Source: a virus
Length of the DNA stretch: 64,000 nucleotides
IMG/VR virus record: IMGVR_UViG_3300042691_029560
Coordinates: 28,714 to 92,713 of that record
Reading direction: 5' to 3' (one strand)
Part shown: positions 61,608 through 64,000 of the stretch, one piece after another
How positions within the stretch are numbered: the first letter of the stretch is position 1
Layout of the letters: each line of letters starts with the position of its first letter
Position numbers and translations under genes: made by a program
The notes under the pieces: model-generated
Databases searched by the model: none
What the model saw: the letters and a program-made list of their open reading frames with translations, nothing else
What the model was told of the DNA's origin: nothing

Positions 61608-62063
61608 TTAGATTTCCGATCTACATTGTTTGCACAGAAGCTTATCGTAACCTGTCGGCTCTTCCATTGCAACCCCCCGCTGGCTAACTGCCACTGGAGC
61701 AATTGGCCCACCAACTCCACATCGATCACACTTCATATCAATCAGCCACTCGACTTCTCTGCCATCAGCAATGGCCTTCTTCAGTCCTCGGCCTAAAGCG
61801 TGTAAAGGTCCTTGACCTTCGGTTTTTCTCAAGAAAGATCTTGTGTCTGAAGTTCTCAGAACAACTCGTTGCTCTTTGCATGGACATTCCATCCTGGTTG
61901 GTTTACAAAATACCAATCCGGCAACTAAAGTATGTCTGGTTATCGGATGTCCACAAACACAGATTCTGCCATCTCGATCTCTACCTGGAACTAAATTTTT
62001 CTCAGCTTCTTCTACTTCTTCAAACGTAAAATCTACGTACGAAAATGGATCTTTTTCTGTCAT
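61608..62063 (-). CDS. Cys-rich hypothetical protein
   Basis: CVCGH, CPC, CDRC, CKQC. Confidence 0.65.
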   Translation of the reverse strand: MTEKDPFSYVDFTFEEVEEAEKNLVPGRDRDGRICVCGHPITRHTLVAGLVFCKPTRMECPCKEQRVVLRTSDTRSFLRKTEGQGPLHALGRGLKKAIADGREVEWLIDMKCDRCGVGGPIAPVAVSQRGVAMEEPTGYDKLLCKQCRSEI

Positions 62064-62164
62064 AAAAACTCCTTCTTAAAAATTTGACAACTTCATCCTA
62101 ACACAAGTCGATCCATGTATCTCATGAAACACCATGAAAAACACATGAAAAACATAATCAAACC

Positions 62165-62257
62165 CATGTAACCATGTAAGTCAACTATAGTTTCAGTTAA
62201 CGCAGAATTGAACTCTATACGCGTAGTAAAACTATAGTTGTATTACATGGTTACATG
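62165..62257. repeat. ~29-bp-arm inverted repeat in an AT-rich divergent intergenic region
   Basis: CATGTAACCATGTAA-GT-CAACTATAGTTT ... AAACTATAGTTG-TA-TTACATGGTTACATG. Confidence 0.85.
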
Positions 62258-62483
62258 ACTATGTATAGCAACTTTTTTAAAACTATTTTCAAATTTTTTA
62301 CTAGTATCTCTTTGTAGCAGATTTCTCGATCTTGTACAGCTTTTTGCTTTTCCCTAAATATACAGCAGTAGGATTAAAGTTGAAATTATACACTACGTCT
62401 TTTTCAAAACCCTCTTCTTTTATACAAATTTATATAAAAGATGTCCAATAATCCCACTTCATTTTTGAGTATAAAATAGACTC

Positions 62484-62690
62484 ATGTCAGAGAATTTTGA
62501 ACCCGAAGCAATCCTAGATAAGATCGCTTTGTGCTCAATCGTGATCGACCAGATCAAAGAAGAATACGAAATAACTCCTGACCCTGATCAACGCGCAGAC
62601 TTGTTATTAGCGGTTGAGGGTTTAGCAGATAATGTAGCTCGCTTAGTGATGGACGTTCGTGATAAAGTCTGGAACCATCCAAAAGTTTAA
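62484..62690 (+). CDS. Hypothetical protein
   Basis: ORF track; -10-like TAAAAT just upstream. Confidence 0.55.
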   Translation: MSENFEPEAILDKIALCSIVIDQIKEEYEITPDPDQRADLLLAVEGLADNVARLVMDVRDKVWNHPKV

Positions 62691-62715
62691 CAACTAAATC
62701 ATAGAAAGTACTTAA

Positions 62716-64000
62716 ATGAGACTCCGCCCAGTAAAGGGCGAGGGAGAGCGCTCGAAGTCATTATTGAAAAAAGGACCGTTGCTTATTGCAACGGCCCTCT
62801 TTATCGGCTATCCGGTTTGTATAGCCCAAGCGGTTACTACTTCTTCCGCTTTAGGACTGCCAATACAGCAGCAAGGACAAATACAGAAACCCATCCAGCT
62901 ACAAACCCAACCCAAAAACTATCTAAGTTTACGGTCAATTGCATCGTTACCCTCCAATCAGGAAATCAGTACTCTTGAGTCTACTCTTAATTCCTACAAA
63001 GCACAACTCAAAACGCTAAAATCTTCTACCCCTCTAGACCCATCTTTTTCAGCCGAAATAGCCCAGAAAGTCCAAATCCTAGAGACCAAGATCCAGTCCC
63101 TAGAAACCAAGATCCAACGTCTAAAAGACAGCCTAGTATCCCTACAATTAGCTAAAGACACCCTTTCTTCCGCTATTGCTACCCTGGACGTCGCCATAGC
63201 CACAGAATCGGCCGCTTTGACCAAATACAACACAGCCAAGGCCAAACACGACCAAGATCTCTCAACCTTTACAGAAGCATCCTCGGCCCTTTCTAAAGCA
63301 GAATCAGCCCTACAAACAGCCACTTCTGACGCTTCTAAAGCCCTGGACGTCTACAACACAGCTTCAGCTAATAAGTCAGCTGCCCAGAACACTCTCAACC
63401 AAACGCAGCAAACTTTAAACGAAGCTCAAAACAAGTACGACACAGAGCTCATCCCAGATCCAACGTGGACAGCACCTACCTACCAAAAAGAACACATAAG
63501 AGTATTTCCAGAAACCATAATTGTTGTGGAAGTAACCACAACTACTCAGCAAAGCGAAAACATTCTTCCACCCCTAGACCACACGACTTGGTCTGGTGCT
63601 GGGACAGGTGCTCAAGGCTCACAGCCAACTATCAACCAAGGCGTTGTTAAGTTCTCTTACATGATGCAGGGAGTTACTTCAACAGGACAAGTAAATTCTC
63701 CAGCAAACGAACCGTTTACGCTATCCGTTGATGTTAAGAACATGGATGCAAACAGAGGAATTCAAGACACCTACAAGATTGAACTATTCACCTACAACGT
63801 ACAGGGACAGCAAAATGGCTACGCAATCTTTAACTCACCTCAAGGCTGGCACGACTGGACAACCAGAACAATTAGCACAACTCCAACCTCTGACGTAGCT
63901 TCGTACAAAGTAGTTCTTTCTGCAATTGACGGAGGTTTTTGGTGGGGAACCTACGGCCCAGAAATGAAGAACCCAACTCTTTCTGCCACTACCACTACCA
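62716..64000 (+). CDS. Secreted coiled-coil protein, 3' truncated
   Basis: Not in track (no stop in window); KKGPLLIATALFIGYPVCIAQA signal peptide, heptad region, then a beta-rich domain. Confidence 0.7.
   Translation, partial: MRLRPVKGEGERSKSLLKKGPLLIATALFIGYPVCIAQAVTTSSALGLPIQQQGQIQKPIQLQTQPKNYLSLRSIASLPSNQEISTLESTLNSYKAQLKTLKSSTPLDPSFSAEIAQKVQILETKIQSLETKIQRLKDSLVSLQLAKDTLSSAIATLDVAIATESAALTKYNTAKAKHDQDLSTFTEASSALSKAESALQTATSDASKALDVYNTASANKSAAQNTLNQTQQTLNEAQNKYDTELIPDPTWTAPTYQKEHIRVFPETIIVVEVTTTTQQSENILPPLDHTTWSGAGTGAQGSQPTINQGVVKFSYMMQGVTSTGQVNSPANEPFTLSVDVKNMDANRGIQDTYKIELFTYNVQGQQNGYAIFNSPQGWHDWTTRTISTTPTSDVASYKVVLSAIDGGFWWGTYGPEMKNPTLSATTTT
62837..62944 (-). CDS. 35-aa single-TM peptide nested antisense in 62716-64000
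   Basis: GGAGGG RBS; MQLTVNLDSFWVGFVAGWVSVFVLAAVLAVLKRKK; double stop; hairpin downstream. Confidence 0.55.
   Translation of the reverse strand: MQLTVNLDSFWVGFVAGWVSVFVLAAVLAVLKRKK

Noticed and set aside
62994-63650. Track ORFs 62994-63323 and 63465-63650
   Set aside because: Shadows of the long + strand ORF from 62716.

Overview
64 kb from a large tailed dsDNA phage, most likely infecting an actinobacterium (two perfect DtxR/IdeR boxes, a ClgR-like regulator, DUF1360, an actinophage-type capsid maturation protease). Nearly all genes are on the minus strand. (1) 1-23.7 kb is a head module: the capsid maturation protease (missed by the ORF track because it runs off the left edge), a 3341-aa acidic modular protein, a Dps-fusion protein and the portal. 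A canonical -1 ribosomal frameshift signal at the end of the 3341-aa gene (C CCA AAA, 6-nt spacer, GC hairpin) joins it to the next frame, predicting a ~5113-aa product with ParB-like, ADP-ribosyltransferase and two ArdC-like domains. About 25 copies of a G-[FY]-x-Q-x-P-G motif separate its modules, suggesting a processed polyprotein of injected effectors. (2) 23.8-24.8 kb is non-coding, with tandem iron boxes and AGCT/GATC arrays, followed by the terminase large subunit. (3) ~29-55 kb is an array of small self-contained cassettes (promoter, GAAAGGAAA RBS, ORF or ncRNA, terminator). Their ORFs almost lack GATC/AGCT/CCGG/GGCC, while the spacers between them are crammed with these sites. (4) 55-64 kb holds a CHAP-like protein, a candidate TerS, a glycosyltransferase, a candidate origin and a secreted coiled-coil protein. 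Counts were made by eye and family calls come from motif recognition, not database searches.
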